Assembly: GCA_965214705.1 (NCBI GenBank)
Contig: OZ243972.1
Coordinates: 896,001-960,000 of the forward strand
Length of the DNA stretch: 64,000 nucleotides
Direction of reading: 5' to 3'
Origin: Alphaproteobacteria bacterium
Lineage (GTDB): Bacteria; Pseudomonadota; Alphaproteobacteria; UBA828
Made by a program: the position numbers and the translations under genes. Below are positions 61,920 to 64,000 of this stretch, one piece after another; position 1 is the first letter of the stretch, and each line of letters starts with the position of its first letter. The notes under the pieces were generated by a model that saw only the letters and a program-made list of their open reading frames with translations, had not been told where the DNA came from and did not search any database.

Positions 61920-63524
61920 ATGCAGACCGACCATCAAGCGGACTACATCGTCGTCGGCGCGGGCTCGGCCGGGAGCGTCGTCGCCGCGCGTCTCTCCGAG
62001 GACGGGCGGCAGCGGGTGCTGCTGCTGGAAGCCGGCGGTTCGGATCGCCGCCTCGCCATTCTCATGCCGGCAGCGACCATGCTGCTCGCGATCACCAATC
62101 CACGTTACGACTGGCGCTTCATGGCGGAGCCGGACCCCACCCGAAACGGCCGCGAAGATTTCATGCCGCGCGGCAAGGTGTTGGGCGGCACCAGCTCGAT
62201 CAACGCCACCTCGTTCATTCGAGGAGCGCCGGAGGATTACAACGGCTGGGCGGCGCTCGGTTGTCGAGGCTGGGACTTCGACACCGTGCTTCCCTACTTC
62301 CGCCGGCTTGAAGATTACGAGGGCGGCGCAAACGAGTACCGGGGCACCGGCGGCCCGCTCTCGGTCTCCCACATCCGCTCGGTGCATCCGCTCTCCCGCG
62401 CCCTGATCGAGAGCTGCGTCAAGGCGGGCATGACGTTCCGGGAAGATATCAACCTGCCGCCACAGATGGGCGTGGGCTACATGCAGGCCAGCCAGCGCAA
62501 GGGCTGGCGGCACAGTGCGTCTCGCGCGTATCTCTGGCCGGCCAAGGGCCGCGACAACCTGCGCATCGTGACCCACGCGCAGGCACTATGCGTCACGTTC
62601 GAGGGCACCCGCGCCACGGGCGTCGAGTATCTGCGCCGGGGCAAGCGCCGGCGCGCAACCGCCGCCAAAGCAGTCATCCTTTGCGCGGGCAGTTTCGGCT
62701 CGCCGCAGCTTCTGATGCTCTCTGGCGTCGGCCCTGCGGCGCAGCTGCGCGAGCACGGCATCGAGGTCCGCCACGATCTCCCCGGCGTCGGCGAGAACAT
62801 GCAGGACCACGCCGGGATCAGCCAGACCATGTGGGTCAACCACACCACCTACAACGTGCAGACCGGGCCGCTCAGCGCAATGGTCTACGGCGCCCAGTGG
62901 CTGCTGGCAGGCACCGGGCCCGGATCGACGCCCATCGCCCAAGTTTGTGGCTACAGACGCTGCGACCCCAGCAAGTCACGCAGTCACGTGCAATATCTCT
63001 TCTCACCGGCGGGCTACGATCTGACCGAAGATGGGCCGGAAGTCTTTGAAAGACCCGCGATCACGGGCCTCACTAACCTGCACCGGCCTTATTCGGCCGG
63101 GACCGTGCGCCTTACCTCGGCCGATCCGCTCAAGCAGCCCGCGATTCAGCCCAACCTCTTCGCCGACGAGCGCGACATCGAGACCTTGATTCTCGGTTCC
63201 CGCTTCTTCCGCACGGTGCTGGAGAGCGAGCCCATCGCGGGCTACATCGTGGGCGAGCACCTGCCTGGCAAAGACGTGCAGAGCGACGACGAGTGGACCG
63301 ACTACATCCGCGCCCACGCCATGGGCGTCTATCACCCCGCCGGCACTTGCAAAATGGGGCATGACCCCATGGCGGTGGTGGACGACAGCCTCAAGGTGCA
63401 CGGGTTGGAGGGGCTCTTCGTCGCCGACGCCTCGATCATGCCGACGGTCGTCAGTGCCAACCTCAACGCCACCTGCATTATGATCGGCGAGCGCGCGGCG
63501 GAGATGGTTCGCGCCGACACGTGA
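61920..63524 (+). CDS. GMC family FAD oxidoreductase (choline dehydrogenase-like)
   Basis: VGAGSAG, RGKVLGGTSSIN, GSPQLLMLSGVG, GVGENMQDH, YHPAGTCKMG and SANLNA. Confidence 0.95.
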   Translation: MQTDHQADYIVVGAGSAGSVVAARLSEDGRQRVLLLEAGGSDRRLAILMPAATMLLAITNPRYDWRFMAEPDPTRNGREDFMPRGKVLGGTSSINATSFIRGAPEDYNGWAALGCRGWDFDTVLPYFRRLEDYEGGANEYRGTGGPLSVSHIRSVHPLSRALIESCVKAGMTFREDINLPPQMGVGYMQASQRKGWRHSASRAYLWPAKGRDNLRIVTHAQALCVTFEGTRATGVEYLRRGKRRRATAAKAVILCAGSFGSPQLLMLSGVGPAAQLREHGIEVRHDLPGVGENMQDHAGISQTMWVNHTTYNVQTGPLSAMVYGAQWLLAGTGPGSTPIAQVCGYRRCDPSKSRSHVQYLFSPAGYDLTEDGPEVFERPAITGLTNLHRPYSAGTVRLTSADPLKQPAIQPNLFADERDIETLILGSRFFRTVLESEPIAGYIVGEHLPGKDVQSDDEWTDYIRAHAMGVYHPAGTCKMGHDPMAVVDDSLKVHGLEGLFVADASIMPTVVSANLNATCIMIGERAAEMVRADT

Positions 63525-63560
63525 TTATCGCCGCCGGAAAGAACCTCCAGGGAGGACCCC

Positions 63561-63869
63561 ATGCCCTTTACCCTCGCCGCCACGCTCAGGATCAAGAAGA
63601 GGCACGTCGCCGAGTTCACCCGGCTGGTGAAGCGCCACGCCAACAACACCGTGACCAAGGAGCCGGGCTGCATCAGCTTCGAAGTGAGCGTCGACCGCGA
63701 CGACCCGCGCCGCTTCATTTTCTACGAGGTCTACGTCGAGGAGGCCGATTTCGACGCCCATTGTGAGACGCCTTGGCTCAAGCGTCAGATGGAGCGGACG
63801 GCCCATATGATCGATGGTGAGGTGGAGATGGTGGGCTTCGGCCACCGCATCGCCGCGCCCAACAAGTAA
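63561..63869 (+). CDS. Antibiotic-biosynthesis monooxygenase (ABM/LsrG-like) protein
   Basis: EPGCISFEV, FIFYEVY and FDAH; GGAGG SD. Confidence 0.85.
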   Translation: MPFTLAATLRIKKRHVAEFTRLVKRHANNTVTKEPGCISFEVSVDRDDPRRFIFYEVYVEEADFDAHCETPWLKRQMERTAHMIDGEVEMVGFGHRIAAPNK

Positions 63870-63908
63870 CGTCCCGCCCACTGCCGGCTGCAAGGCGCCG
63901 GCCGGGCC

Positions 63909-64000
63909 TCACTCCTCTGCGGCGAACTCCATGATGACTTGATCGGCGGCAAGGCTGTCGCCGACCTCGGCGTGGACGGTGACGATGCGCCCGTCACGTT
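63909..64000 (-). CDS. C-terminal biotinyl domain of an acyl-CoA carboxylase alpha subunit (PccA-like), partial
   Basis: Manual translation ...RDGRIVTVHAEVGDSLAADQVIMEFAAEE* matches the end of a biotin-carrier domain; the gene starts beyond the right edge. Confidence 0.7.
   Translation of the reverse strand, partial: RDGRIVTVHAEVGDSLAADQVIMEFAAEE

Overview
A GC-rich (roughly 68-70% by eye), gene-dense chromosomal window from an alphaproteobacterium. The assignment rests on a GTTC-N7-GTTC LexA box and on the gene orders pmbA-msbA-DUF374-waaA-lpxK and rplU-rpmA-obgE-proBA-nadD-rsfS-rlmH. From left to right it holds: (1) an SOS mutagenesis module (SRAP/YedK, imuA, imuB running off the left edge), a divergent orphan cytochrome P450 and an AT-rich structured spacer; (2) acyl-CoA and ketone catabolism genes (thiolase, DUF1989, acyl-CoA dehydrogenases, kappa-GST, SDR, alpha/beta hydrolase, two tandem Baeyer-Villiger monooxygenases); (3) an OprI/Lpp-like alanine-zipper lipoprotein ending in Lys, facing an ErfK/YbiS-type L,D-transpeptidase that ends a cysK-alaX-sseA operon; (4) a sugar-phosphate trio and a higBA toxin-antitoxin pair; (5) core lipid A, ribosome-biogenesis, proline and ETF genes; (6) putrescine uptake and gamma-glutamylation genes; (7) a TPR plus 2OG-Fe(II) dioxygenase-like fusion, a sugar ABC transporter, a cyclophilin broken by an in-frame TAG, a GMC oxidoreductase and the 3' end of a biotin-dependent carboxylase. 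I saw no rRNA, tRNA, CRISPR array, transposase or integrase. The best leads are the Braun-lipoprotein-type tether pair in a lineage thought to lack it, apparent non-canonical ATA (rsfS) and CTG (LLM oxidoreductase) starts behind strong Shine-Dalgarno sites, the TPR-dioxygenase fusion, and an in-frame 15-bp duplication in the mobile loop of one BVMO paralogue. All calls come from reading motifs by eye; no database searches were run.
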